Numbered from the whole stretch's first letter, positions 34,764 to 47,080 are shown. The stretch: DNA of 63,340 nt, filler included, from Licmophora abbreviata (GCA_900291995.1; 10 parts of 10 records of this genome joined end to end with filler, not necessarily neighbours in it); one strand, 5' to 3'. Program-made: numbers and translations. The notes: generated by a model not told the origin, from the letters alone.

Positions 34764-36044
34764 TCAGAGCACCTGTTTCCATGCAGATGCCCCAGCACGT
34801 CGGTACAAGAGCGGACGAGAGCGTGGGAAAATCTCTCGGCTCGTATGACGCTTGAGGAACAAAAGGGAGCTTCGAATCTTGTCACAAAAATCGTCTTCTT
34901 CCACAAGGGGAGATGTCGAAATGTACTCGAGCATGATTGTGTCGGGAAGCGTCAGCAGCACATCAATTTCCTTGAAGGCTGCAAACTCGAAAGGTTCAAT
35001 CAAAATATGATTGGAGCGACTTGTGTGAATGATGGAGAGTTGTTTGACATTACCGCTGGACCAAAGTCGGACAGAACGAAGTTCCGGCACAGGACCTACG
35101 CAGTTTGCCGCCACCTTGGCCAAGAAGACCTTTCCAGTTCGTGTCTCAATTCCCAGACCACGTCCAATGGGAGCCGAGTGTCCTGTATCATTCAAAGAGG
35201 ACACGACGCATGTCTGCAGTACCATGCGAATGGAGTCTCGTTCCTCCAAAGCAATCTGCGCCAGAAGATTCACCAAAAAGTTGGAAATACCCCGGGAGGT
35301 GTCATCTTCAAAACCACCCATCACGTGGAGTTCCATACGAATCTTTGCTTGATTCGCAGAGGATACACAAGATGTTCCGTCTTCCTTCTTTTCTTCTTGA
35401 AAATTGTCAAAATTGGCATCCTGGTGATGCCTTCTGTGCTCGCGTACCAACTTCCGGAGGCAGTCTCCGTAGCCGGCAGCATCGAGGTGCGTCAAACTGA
35501 CGAGAGGCTCTGTCTCCGCGGAGACACTTCGCACCGCAACTATATGACACGTCGTGGCCTTGTCACTGACGAGGATCTCGCATTGAGAGGGTGTGGCGTG
35601 ACCTAGCTCACCCTGGCCGACGTAGACGATGCGGTCGTTCGTGGGGTGTGTGGCATCCAGAATTCGAGCCGGAGATGCCAAAAGTTCGTCGGCTCGTTCC
35701 ACGATACTAGGGACCGATCGTAAGAATACATCGACCGGTTCTACTTCCGTATTCAGGGGCAAGTATAGGGGCGTATGAACTGTACCGGCGAGAGTCTCAT
35801 CATTATTGTCAACTGCAAGGTCCTCATGGCCATCTTCCGGAAGTTGAAGATCCGTTTGTTGATAGGCATGTTCATAGCAGCCCTGCTGTTGAAAATCATA
35901 ACGATCCGCACGCTTTCCATTGTTCAGACCCAGACTTATCAAAGTACTGCACGAGTCAGACGTGTGAACCACCATGGTTTGCAGGATTCGGTCGGCTGCT
36001 ACACCGTCTCCTCGAAATTGTGAAAGATGTTGTCGTGCATCCAC
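34764..36044 (-). CDS. NTAN1: Protein N-terminal asparagine amidohydrolase (N-degron pathway)
   Basis: YVGQGE, SDKATTCHIV, THLD, HVMGGFED, STSP.VE.DDF. Confidence 0.85.
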   Translation of the reverse strand: MDARQHLSQFRGDGVAADRILQTMVVHTSDSCSTLISLGLNNGKRADRYDFQQQGCYEHAYQQTDLQLPEDGHEDLAVDNNDETLAGTVHTPLYLPLNTEVEPVDVFLRSVPSIVERADELLASPARILDATHPTNDRIVYVGQGELGHATPSQCEILVSDKATTCHIVAVRSVSAETEPLVSLTHLDAAGYGDCLRKLVREHRRHHQDANFDNFQEEKKEDGTSCVSSANQAKIRMELHVMGGFEDDTSRGISNFLVNLLAQIALEERDSIRMVLQTCVVSSLNDTGHSAPIGRGLGIETRTGKVFLAKVAANCVGPVPELRSVRLWSSGNVKQLSIIHTSRSNHILIEPFEFAAFKEIDVLLTLPDTIMLEYISTSPLVEEDDFCDKIRSSLLFLKRHTSREIFPRSRPLLYRRAGASAWKQVL

Positions 36045-36383
36045 AAAACTGCGGTGCGTGGCACGGGGTGACGACGACGCTACCCTCGGAGTGGCTACTT
36101 GAGATCAACGTTGGCTCAGTACTGGTATCAGGCATTGTTACGATACGTCAGAAGCGGAAGGTGAGAATGTATGTGTGTTCGTTTGGCGTTCTAAAGTGTG
36201 TATGTGTGGTGGTGTGTGTGCAAGATCGGACGAGAGATAGAATGACTATGGCTGTGCGGAAGTTCGACTCTCAAACAAGGACGACAGTCAACATGATGGC
36301 AGATGGCAGCCATCAAAATATTCGGTTGTCTTCATCTATCTTTGCTTGGTTTGACACTCTTGGTGCTCTTCTACTCCCATAAC

Positions 36384-39300
36384 ATGGTGGGATTTGGCTC
36401 TTCTCTTCGGATGGCCAGCAGGAGCGGTTGGGAGAATGCCTATTTCGACTACGAAACTCTGAAACTCTTACTTTCGCAGATTGAATCTGTGTACGAGGAA
36501 GAGTGGCATCGTCAACGCACCAATACCTTTGCCATGGGCGGTTCTGACACGGATACATCCCCACCCAGTCGGATCAAGGCACAGAGGAAACGAGGGGTGA
36601 CTGATTACCGTGACGAGCTCTTCCTGGAGTCGGATAGTGATGTCGCCTTCGCCTCGTCTGTCTCGGACGTCATCCCGGACGAACTCCTATCGTCAGACGA
36701 TGACGAGCGTCGCTCCAATCAGAACCATGCCCGCAATGATTCGGGAACGACTGGGACGGCCAAGCCGTTTACTCTCACCTACTCGCAAGAGGCATCCTCG
36801 TCTGATTTCGATGACAGCAGTGTCGACTTGGAAGCTACCTGTGCGACAGCCCTGGGATGGTCGCGCTACAAGACATCCGCCGTGACCACCACGCCTCCAA
36901 CGAAAAAGTCCAAAAAGAAATACAAACGCCGTATTTTGGAAACTCCCGGGGGCGACTCGGAATTCTATGTGGGCCACAACAACAGCAACAACATGAGCGG
37001 GCCCAGCTCCTTTTTGCTGGAACAAAGTGGCGGCGATACCGCCACAAATACAGCCTTTGGGCAAAGTATTGCCCGTCCCACGGAACGGAGCAGTCTCTTG
37101 CAGTCGCCGCAGTCGTCACAATTCTTCAGTTTTCAGACCCGTGATGCTTCCGTTACTCCGCCACGTGATTTTTCAGGCGCTGCACAGTACCCACAGCTTT
37201 CATCTATGGGAGTCACTCCCCATCAACCACAAGCTTCTGCGGTCCGTCCGCGCCCGACGGCTGCCGAAATGCGTCGAGAGAAGTTCGAACATGAACGGAA
37301 GCGCAAACGTCGACAGCGCCGTCGTCGTCGATTCGTAAAGAAGCGACAGGAACTCGAACGACGTGTTCCCCGCCACTTGAGAAATGCTCACCAGAAGGCC
37401 AGATCCATCACCGAGCGATTCCTGGGACTGCTACGTGCCGAAGTGGAGAAGGTTACTTTGTTTGCGCAATCGAGATTGGGTGAATTGGCTGATACGGCCG
37501 GCAGTTTGCGATTTCCGTCGTACGAAGATAGCGAGTATGGCAGTTTTTCTTCCTCTCACGGTCGTCGTCGAGGTGGAACCGCGGCATATGATCACCCCCT
37601 GTCCGACGGAGGAATGCACCCGTCCGCGTCATCGTCTGAAGATGAGGGCCATGGTGGCCGTCAGAGTGTTCTCTCGTGGTCGGACTCGTCGGATGAGGGT
37701 GACACCAGTGATTCCGTAGCGCAAGGTGCAAGGTCGCCGACTTATGGTCAATCAGTCGAGAAGAACTATTCTAGTGGAACGATCGCATCTGCGCCTACCG
37801 TTCGACGTGCCAACAGATCGGAACCCGGTACCGCAATCCGGCAAGATTCGGTTGGAACGAAAAAGGCGAAGAAGGCAGCTCGGGAAGCCATGGAGCGAAA
37901 GATTGCGCACTACACGAACATCCGGCGAAAAAAGTCCATATTCCAGCGAAATGACGACATTGTCGGTGAAGACTTGCTTTTGCTCTCAGCTGTCGATGAG
38001 GCAGATGGATATACTACTGTCGGTGTAGAATTGATGCATGTACTTCGCTACATTTGTGTCAATGTCATTGCGGTTCGCAAGATTTGCAGAAAGCACGACC
38101 GACTGCTGATGAATCGAATGCTGGGTGGTTACTATCATCGCAGAGACCCCAGACAGACGACGAAGAAAGCATCGATGACCATGACCGATACAAACAACAC
38201 TCTCACCTTAGGGAGTATTGTATCTCGGTCTGTTGGAGAAGATTGCAGGGTCGATCCGGCATCCGCTAGCGCCATGAATCAGAACAAGTTGGTTGGCGTC
38301 TACGACCAAGAAATTCAAGAACTTGCAAACTCCATTACTGTTCAGGTTATTTCATCCTGTCTTGCGCTTGCGCTCTCCGAATCTGAAGTGTCACGGTCCC
38401 GTGCCGATGCGCTGTCGAAACTCAAATCGGTATCCTCCTCACTAAAGACACCGCGCCGATCAGGAAAGACGAGACAGGGAAGCGTCGAGAAGGGCGTTAT
38501 GAGTTCACTTGGGCTTTCGCCATCTCAGTGGCTGCCACGGACCAAGAATGAGGAGCCTACCATCGAACCAGAAATGACTGTGGACTCTGACGCCGAAGGA
38601 GAGGGAGGACCTCCTTCTACTGCTTCCAGCGTTTCGCTGACCCGTTTGCGGTTCACGGTAATGTCTATCTTTGCTTTGCGAGAGGCTGCCAGGGAGAAGA
38701 TCAATATTCACAATAGCTTCTTGTCCAGATCGTTACTCGCGTTTGTTGGACCAAATATAGTTGGCGAAGGCCTGGATGGTTGTTCAAGGGCCGTGTTGGA
38801 TTTCTTTGTGTCCTACGATCCCGACTCGGCGCTTCTACGTGACTCTTCAGATGTCTACCATGGTTTGCACGAAGATGACTGGCGACACGGGCCTATTGGT
38901 AGTGTCATGCTTTCAGCCTTAGCTATGGGTGTCTCCCTTCCTTCCTCGGATTTTTCGGCTGCGGGAGACGCTGTTCTCAATGCCATTTCGATTCAGCCGG
39001 CTTCGACCGAACGAGCAACTGGCAATAAAAACACTCTTCACGACCAGGTGTCTGCATTTCTAACCCACTCGAAGCTCAGCATAGTTCCTTGCATTACTAT
39101 GAACATGATTCAAGCCAATCGCCTCGGCTCGTTTCTCCAGACCGTAAGTGGTTGGCTGGTCTTTTGAACGTGCATGTTTAGGTCAAGCTAACCCTTACTG
39201 TACTACTCCTTCAGATGAACTATTTCATTCTTCACACAACCGCGAACACATTTGTCATGGCAGCGGAAGCAAGGCAGGCACATTCTGCAATCATCATCGG

Positions 39301-40688
39301 TGCAGCAAGTCTCGGAGCCCTTCTGGCAGCAAGCTTCCACGCAAATCGTTTGTCCAAAGAGGCGACCAGAGGCAATTTCCTTTATGGGTTCTATCGGCAT
39401 GCCATGCTCGTAGCTACCTTGTTTTCGTTGCTGGGGAATGTTGTCTATGTCCTTGCCGTAGAAAGATCATCTGTGCCCCTTGCTGTTACAGGACGTCTTC
39501 TTCTCGGCTGCGGATCTACTGACCTGCTCCATAGGCAGCTGACAAGAAGCCTTCCAGGTCCTTGTGTCGTTGTTGAATCTGCCCGTTTGGTCAACGCCCA
39601 GATATTTGGTGTGATGTTAGCCTTGCTATTGGGTGCATTCCTGGCGTCTTTCGGTCAAGGGGAAGCTCCTTCAGGGCATGCCCTTCAATCAAGCAGCTAT
39701 CTCATGGGAAGTCTCTGGGCAATGCAGTTTCTCTTTGTTTTGTTTGTATTTTACAGAGACCCAGAGATACCAAAGAACATTCACGGAACAGAAGAGCGGT
39801 CCAAGCAATCTACCGACTCACAGGATGGTGATGAATTCAGCTCTGATGATTCCGATGTATCTACAAAGAGTGACTCAGACTTACCAAATTATGAGACGAA
39901 GGCTACTTTCTCCGCCGAAGAGGCAAGAATCCCACTTAACTACTCCCCGCCAGGTCACCATGAGAAACCGCTCGATTGTCCACGCATGCAAAGTGACTAC
40001 CAGTCGAGTGCGAAAGTACATCATGAGTAACATCGCTCTTCCCGTCACCTTGGCGCTAATCTTTTTTGCCACTGTTTCGCACGAGGTCCTGTTCACGTCG
40101 TGCGCTATTATCACCAATAGGTATTTCGCATGGAATGGAAGTCAAGCTGGTCTCTTTCTTGGCAGCATGTCTGCTTCCGTTTTCCTGATCAATCATGTCT
40201 GCGGGTCTATCGCGAATATCTACGATGAAAGGACGGTGATCAAACGATCTGTGTGGCTTGTTGGACTTGGTTTTGTCGTTATGATAAACTACTCATCTCT
40301 CTTCAGCCTTGCGTCCCAGGTCGCTAGTCTGTTGGACGAAGCGACGTCACTGGCACCAGTTTCTTACGATTGGATATTTGGTGTGCTGCAGTACTTGATT
40401 GGCTTCAGCCTAGTTTTCACCGGCTTCATCGCGATGGATGGGGCTTCTCTTGTGCTCATGTCCAAAGTTGCGCCGACGATGGCCCGAAGTACCGTTATCA
40501 ATTGTGGAACGATTGTAACATTCACTACTCTTGCCGCGCGGTTCCTTGGCGATGTCGAGATCTGTATGGTTGGATTGTCCACTCGGATCATCAATACGGA
40601 TATTCTGAACTCCCTAGTAGTGCCGCTTCTCTTGGCCTGTGTGGCCGCGGGCTATATTGTCAAGCGGCACTTCTTTTTTCTTTTGTGA
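36384..40688 (+). CDS. SPX domain-MFS transporter (vacuolar phosphate transporter-like); intron 39144-39214; frame change near 39857-39953
   Basis: MVGFG..L.....WENAYFDYETLK; EVEKVTLF; NVIAVRKICRKHDR; then MFS helices starting MNYFIL, GRLLLGCGS. Confidence 0.82.
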
Positions 40689-40743
40689 AAAGACTAGCGC
40701 AATTAACGCTTTGAGCCGCATCGAACACATTAGATCTACTGCA

Positions 40744-41945
40744 CTAAACCCATTCTCGCGGATTTTTGAAGGCATCTAGAATGTCGGCCTCCGGTGAGTC
40801 AGGCTCCGGATGGTGGTCGTATTCCCAGCGGGCAGTCTCTGGGAGGCTCATGAGTATGCTCTCGGTACGACCGTTTGTCTTCAAACCAAAGATTGTTCCG
40901 CGGTCGTACACAAGGTTGAATTCAACGTAGCGTCCACGACGTAGCTGTTGCCAGCTCTTTTCTTGTTCTGTGTAAGGATCGTCCTTGTGCTTCTCAATGA
41001 TGGGGCCGTAGGCAGGCACGACGCTGTTCGCGGCATCCTTGCAGAACTCAAACACCTCATCGGGATCGCGATCGTTGAGGTCGTCAAAGAAGATTCCGCC
41101 CAGGCCTCTCCTCTCGCCTCGGTGTGCGATCAAGAAGTAATCGTCGGCCCACTTCTTAAACTTAGGGTAGTACTCTGGATCGTGTTTGTCGCACACATCC
41201 TTGTATACTCCATGGAAATGTCGCATATCTTCCTCGTCAAGGTAGCTTGGTGTGATATCCGTGCCCCCGCCAAACCACCAGGTCTCGGGCGTTTCAAAAT
41301 AGCGGTAGTTGAAGTGCATAGTTGGGCAATGTGGGTTCTTGGGATGCATCACACAACTCAATCCTGTGGCAAAGAACGGAACGCGCTCGCCCTCATGTTT
41401 GACTCCACGCTCAGTAGCGGCCTTGAGGGCAGCTTGGGGCATGGTGCCATGGACGACAGACAGGTTGACGCCGGCCTTTTCCCACACATTCCCATTCGCC
41501 AATACCCTTGACATGCCCCCACCTCCCGTTTCTCGAATCCATGCATCTTCGTGGAAGGTGGCTCCGCCATCAATGTCTTGAATGGCTTCGGTGATGGAGA
41601 TTTGCGCCTCGCGGAGCATCTTTTCCATCTTCGTTCTCATTTCTTTGTTGCCTTCGAAGCTGATCTCACCGAGACTGCCGAGACCGGATGTACCTTGCTC
41701 CACCTTTCGCGTGATTAATAATGATATGAATTAGCGGTCAGTGAGAAAATGCGTTGGGGTAAATCCATCAACTATGCAGTAGATTCAAAAAAAGTACCTA
41801 CCTTGTTGGTGCTGGACTTTCCGATCGAAGGGTTGGCAACCATGGGTCGCGCTGTCGCGGAAGCGCGGGCCATCGAAGAAGGAGCGAAGGAGTCCACATT
41901 GGACAAAGTGGCCACGAGGGCGGCGAAGGCAAGAGCAAACTTCAT
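40744..41945 (-). CDS. hemF: Oxygen-dependent coproporphyrinogen III oxidase, plastid-targeted; intron 41704-41801
   Basis: [57 protein letters not shown]; leader ...NVDS-FAP. Confidence 0.95.
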
Positions 41946-42156
41946 GGTTGTGCGTGTCGGCTGCAGTGAGATCCACCAAATTGTGAGGCGAAGAATCGAA
42001 TCCAATCCATCCGACAGTTCGGATTTGGCGCGCTTTTGCTTCGGATGGGCCGCCACGAAAGATCGCGCTGTGTGGAAACGTGCAGACATCTACTGATTCC
42101 TACGTAGCTCTCTACGAAAGTCGCTTCAAGTTCCGGGTTATACCATGAATCGAGCT

Positions 42157-42256
42157 NNNNNNNNNNNNNNNNNNNNNNNNNNNNNNNNNNNNNNNNNNNN
42201 TTAATTAATTAANNNNNNNNNNNNNNNNNNNNNNNNNNNNNNNNNNNNNNNNNNNN
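42157..42256. other. Artificial contig spacer flanked by a diverged 85-bp duplication (42072-42156 vs 42257-42341)
   Basis: Flanks align with about 6 mismatches. Confidence 0.9.
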
Positions 42257-42571
42257 GTGGAAACGGGCAGCTATGTACTGATTCCTCCGTAGCTCTCTAC
42301 GAAAGTCGCTTCAAGTTCCGGGTTATTCCATGAATCGAGCTATTTTGATACATGCTTTCTCTAATTCTCTCTGTTGGAGCTCACACGCGCGGCTCTCTCG
42401 CTGATGTGTTTGCCGCCGACTGCTATGATACAGGCACAATGACTGGATCGAACGGACAAGAAGTGACGCCGGTCGGATATCATCAGTGAGGTGCTCCTGG
42501 TCAATCCACACCCTTCACAAGCCCCCCTCTGCTATTCAGAAATTGAAGTTCGTGTGTATTGAGTAGTCACG

Positions 42572-43780
42572 ATGAATTCTTTATCGACGTTCCTGTGTTT
42601 CTGCCTTGCGCTGTTCCTCATCGCGGCGTCCAATGACTCATCAGTCAGCATGATGGTCGCGGCGGGGCTAGAAGACGATTCGCAAGGCCTATCCGGTTCG
42701 TCGGAGGAGACTTGTGACTGTACGGACGAGTGCAGGCAGCTAGTCAAAGGTCATCTGGAGTCTGCACGACAAGAGTTTGAAACGCAGCTTGGGTTGAGTC
42801 GCCAAGAGGACGAGCAAGCCCACCAGCGGGCCATACAGGAGCTAGAAGCTACATGGGGACAGCGACTTCAAGAGCAGGAGGCAAAGTTCGAAGAAGCGAG
42901 CCAAGCTAAGATCCAGGAACAAGACCTCGAGCAGATCATTGCAGATGGGGAAAAGAGTTTGAGCCGCGAGATATCGCTTCGAAAAGAGAAGGAGGCACTC
43001 GTCGCGCAGCTACAGGCAGAGATGGACAAACAAGTTTCCGCGTCGGCTGCGTCGCAGCACGAGCTTCAAACGACTCTCAACCGCCGTGTTCGAGAAGTAG
43101 AGCTTCAAAAGGAACGGGTCAAGTCTACCCAGGCCGCCCTGGAGAAGACGCAGCGTGATCTACAGGAGACGAAAGACAAATTCTTTACGACCCGACAGGA
43201 TTATTTCCGTGCCAACCAGCATATCCGAGACATGGAAGCGAGTGCCACCTACGTGAACGTGACAATGATTTCGCAGGATCTTGGTCAACTGGGAAAGAAT
43301 GTGGCAGATGGGTGCGCAATGGCGGGCACTCGAGTAGTCGATGTCGTGACACCGTGGTGGGACAAGTTTGCAGCCATTCTCTATCCATTGTTGGAAGCTC
43401 TTCAGGAGGCATACCGAACCCAAGTTGCTCCATTCTTGAGTGACACTGTTCGACCGGCGCTAGATTCCTTGCTCAAACTCGTTCTAAAGGCCCGTCGGGC
43501 AGCTGTCGGTCGAGCCAATATTGGAGTGAAACGTGCTTGTCGATCTACCCTTGCCTACCTCGAGCTTCAAGAGGGGGAGTCAAAGATTCGGACTCATCTT
43601 ACGGATGTACTCGAAACATTGGAGAGTCAAAGCGATATGGTGGTAGCGGGATTGGAAATTCTGCTTTTCCTCGTACTGCTGTGTGGGTTTCTGCGCTTTA
43701 TGAGCCGAAAGAAGAGTAAGGGGGCTTCCCTGAACCCGAAAAAGTCCTCTGTCAGGGCTAAGAAGGTCAAAACTCAGTAA
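42572..43780 (+). CDS. Uncharacterised type I membrane coiled-coil protein, probably ER-resident
   Basis: Signal peptide, long Q/E/K heptad region, C-terminal TM helix and KKVKTQ (KxKxx) tail. Confidence 0.7.
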   Translation: MNSLSTFLCFCLALFLIAASNDSSVSMMVAAGLEDDSQGLSGSSEETCDCTDECRQLVKGHLESARQEFETQLGLSRQEDEQAHQRAIQELEATWGQRLQEQEAKFEEASQAKIQEQDLEQIIADGEKSLSREISLRKEKEALVAQLQAEMDKQVSASAASQHELQTTLNRRVREVELQKERVKSTQAALEKTQRDLQETKDKFFTTRQDYFRANQHIRDMEASATYVNVTMISQDLGQLGKNVADGCAMAGTRVVDVVTPWWDKFAAILYPLLEALQEAYRTQVAPFLSDTVRPALDSLLKLVLKARRAAVGRANIGVKRACRSTLAYLELQEGESKIRTHLTDVLETLESQSDMVVAGLEILLFLVLLCGFLRFMSRKKSKGASLNPKKSSVRAKKVKTQ

Positions 43781-44225
43781 CCTCGTAGTATGCACTGATT
43801 TCACTTCTTGGTAGTAGGGGTAGGACTGTGCATGTTTTCTGTCCGATCGTATCCACCCGAGGCAGCTGCTACATAGCTAGCACTACTACGGCTCTCTAGA
43901 GAGGAGGAGGCGGAACACAGTAGGCGACGAACGATCGATATTTCCTATACTAGACAAAGCCTCTCTCTCCCGTACACTCTCTCTATAGAGAAAATGAACA
44001 TGGATTCAGTTCATTAGCCGAAGCGGCACAGAGACCTACTCAGAGTAGCTGCCTTCCGAAACTCTGATGGGACCGTTTGACGACTTGTTGCATCGAATCG
44101 AATGATGACGTCATCCTCATCACTCCGTCTTTTTTGCTTCTTCTCTCAGACACCACACAGCTAGCACGGACCTGGCATGTGTGTTGTCGATACTTGATAC
44201 GCCCCGATCAAAGCCATATGCAATT

Positions 44226-45233
44226 ATGCCGTCTGTTACTGGACACCGCGAAGCTTCTCTTGAGACTTCTCCGCTCGTGAGCAACGAAAACTTGCTCCCG
44301 AAGACTCATCGTCGTTCTCACACGCGTGCGTTGATATGTCTTGTGGCTTTGTTGGCTGCTGCCTGCTGCTTGGCGGCACTCGTAGTGGTGCGCTACAAGA
44401 GAGGGGCACTCCTTCCTCATCGCGCCGATAGAACGACCATCAAGGTGGCTCATGTCGGCAACAGTATCCAGTACTACCAGGACTTGCCTCGTCTATTGGA
44501 ACATATGCTCCGCACGAGGTTCGACACTGTCGTCCAGGATTCATGCCTCCACGGCGGGGCGTCCATTACGAGTCTATGGGAAGAAGGAAATCTCATGAAT
44601 GATACATTTCATACTCCCAATGCTCTACGCCCTGATGGAACCTTCGATATTGGAGCCGATACTGTCCAAGATTTGCTCGCCGAAGAAGATTGGGATTTCC
44701 TGGTTATGAACGACTTTACACAAGGACCAGCTCGTTGGACGACTCGCACAGCGTCCAAAGTCACACTACGCGACAACTATGCCCCTCTTCTTCGGAAAAT
44801 GGGGACCTCTCTTATATTCATCCAGACAGCTGCCTATCAGATCCAAGGAGTCCGAGGGACGGAAGATTTGGGTGATTTCGACGAGTTTACTGGACTGATA
44901 CAGGAGGGATATGAACAGTACTGTGATCTTATGCACAGCCAAAACTGCTCGGCTCGGATTGCTCCCAGCGGTATGGGATTCTCCTACATTCGATATAATT
45001 ACCCCGATCTCTTTCCAAAAATTTATGCGCAAGATTACTTTCATCCTTCGCCACGGGGGTCGTGGTTGGAGGGATGTATTGTCTATTGCACCATGTTGCA
45101 CGAAATGCCGCCAAAATACGATGTGACGTGGTGGAACACGGCGCGGTACATTGCACCAGGATTGCCCTTTCCAACGGACGAGGAGGCGGAGCAACTTCGT
45201 CAGATCGCCGGACACATTTGCGGGCTCGTGTAG
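44226..45233 (+). CDS. SGNH-like hydrolase, type II membrane protein
   Basis: TM anchor; HVGNSIQYYQDLP (GNS block I), WDFLVMND, DYFHPS (DxxH). Confidence 0.7.
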   Translation: MPSVTGHREASLETSPLVSNENLLPKTHRRSHTRALICLVALLAAACCLAALVVVRYKRGALLPHRADRTTIKVAHVGNSIQYYQDLPRLLEHMLRTRFDTVVQDSCLHGGASITSLWEEGNLMNDTFHTPNALRPDGTFDIGADTVQDLLAEEDWDFLVMNDFTQGPARWTTRTASKVTLRDNYAPLLRKMGTSLIFIQTAAYQIQGVRGTEDLGDFDEFTGLIQEGYEQYCDLMHSQNCSARIAPSGMGFSYIRYNYPDLFPKIYAQDYFHPSPRGSWLEGCIVYCTMLHEMPPKYDVTWWNTARYIAPGLPFPTDEEAEQLRQIAGHICGLV

Positions 45234-45677
45234 AGGGATGGAGAGGGTAGCGCTCACGAGGATGCAGTCTTATACTACACAAGCACACTGGTGCTCGAAA
45301 ACATTTTTTCAGTACAAAATTAGTAGGTGATGAATGGTTGCGTGCTCATCGACTGCTTATTACTAGCGAAAGAACGAAGCCATTAAAGATTTTCTTACCA
45401 TGCTTGATACCTTGAGGGTGTCATGAATGTCGTTCACTCTCATCGAAGGACCGTTGGGCAACATACAGGCATTCGCAACCTGCGAACACTGTGTGTCCGA
45501 GCCAGGCGGCGCGCGCGCCGACATTTCTCTCGCGATGCCGGCGACTCGTCATCTTTTGTTCGTCATTGGCGAGGCACATCATCGCCGCCTTGTCACACGA
45601 AGCAATCGCTCGTTTCAACTCTGATCTCCTTACTCTTATCACCCGTGCTATCGTATCGTTCTGCACGTCTTTTCAAC

Positions 45678-46904
45678 ATGGGCGACTTCGAGGGGAAAGC
45701 TCACCAGCTGATTCCAGCGTCTGTACGGATGATTTCAGGCTGCCAAGACCACCAGACGTCGGCCGATGTGTCAAACGTGTCGCAGTTTGAGCTACCGGAT
45801 CCGGCAGGTAGGTTTGCTTGAGACGGTGTAGTCTACTGAGTCTCATGCTCCGATATTTCTGAACTTTATTGTTTCCTTCTTAATATAATTTCCTGTCACA
45901 ACGCACAGGTAGCTCCGGTGGTGCCTGCACCTCGGCTTTGCTCAAAGTTCTCTACGCCGATCACAAGGACACCGGGAAGGACCTTTCCTTTGTAGAGGTC
46001 TTGATGCGCATGAGGGAATTCCTGCGAGGGCAGAGATTCACCCAGATTCCACAATTGTCGTCTTCGCACAAGATGGACGTGAACGAGAAATTCGGTATCG
46101 CGAATGGCTCTGGCACGCGTCGCGCGCTGCTCATTGGCATCAACTACGAGGGCCAACAAGGGCAGCTGAGTGGATGCCACAATGATGTAGGAAATATTAA
46201 AGAGTACTTGATGGACGTGCATGGTTTTCAGGAAGAGAATATTGCGGTGCTAATGGACGATGGAAGAAGTCAAAGTCCGACCCACGACAATATCATTGAG
46301 GCCTTTCGCACGCTTGTGGGTGAGACAGAATCTGGGGATTGTGCGTTTCTTCACTACTCTGGTAAGTCTGACACCTCGTCTTCACGAAACATGCGTATAT
46401 GAGCTTTTCAGCATAGCGAGCCCTAACTTTCGATCTGATGGCCTCGCAGGACACGGAGGGCGCCTTCGCGACGACGACAACGAAGAAGAAGATGGATACG
46501 ACGAGACGCTGATCCCTGTAGATTACAAGACTGCAGGGCAGATTCGCGACGATGTCGTCTTCGCGGAGCTGGTAGGTCGCCTACCCGAAGACTCGACTCT
46601 CATCTGCCTCATGGACTGCTGCCATTCTGGATCAGTTCTAGATCTCCCTTACACGTTCAAGGCCGACGGAGAACAACAGGAGATGCAAGAGAACCCCAGG
46701 ATGAACTTCAACTCGCTGCAGTCTTTGGCTGTTTCCTATCTCGTAAGGAAAATATTTGGAACTGGAGTGACGGGACAGATTGCCACGATGCTTCTTGCGA
46801 ACGTCTTGAGTGCTAACGGCAGCAACCCAGCGAGCAACACTGGAGGTGGCAACGGCGTGATACTCTCACTCCTACAAAAACTATTCTCCATGAAGTGTGG
46901 ATAA
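45678..46904 (+). CDS. Type III metacaspase (p10 before p20); introns 45808-45908, 46362-46449
   Basis: N-terminal p10 [13 protein letters not shown]...GGACT...QIPQLSSS, then p20 [21 protein letters not shown] (His), MDCCHSG (Cys). Confidence 0.92.
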
Positions 46905-47080
46905 TGAAATGAAAATGAAAAGAACAGGATCTCGTGCTCTGCCTTAAAGTACATGCTGTGCGACAGGTAAAATAGACAAAAAAACTCTAGCTACGAGCAG
47001 GCAGTCTTCACAGTGAGTAAGTAGGATGTTAGCTAGCTTTGCGGCGACAACGGTTCATGGCATCATCGCACCCGACCCGA

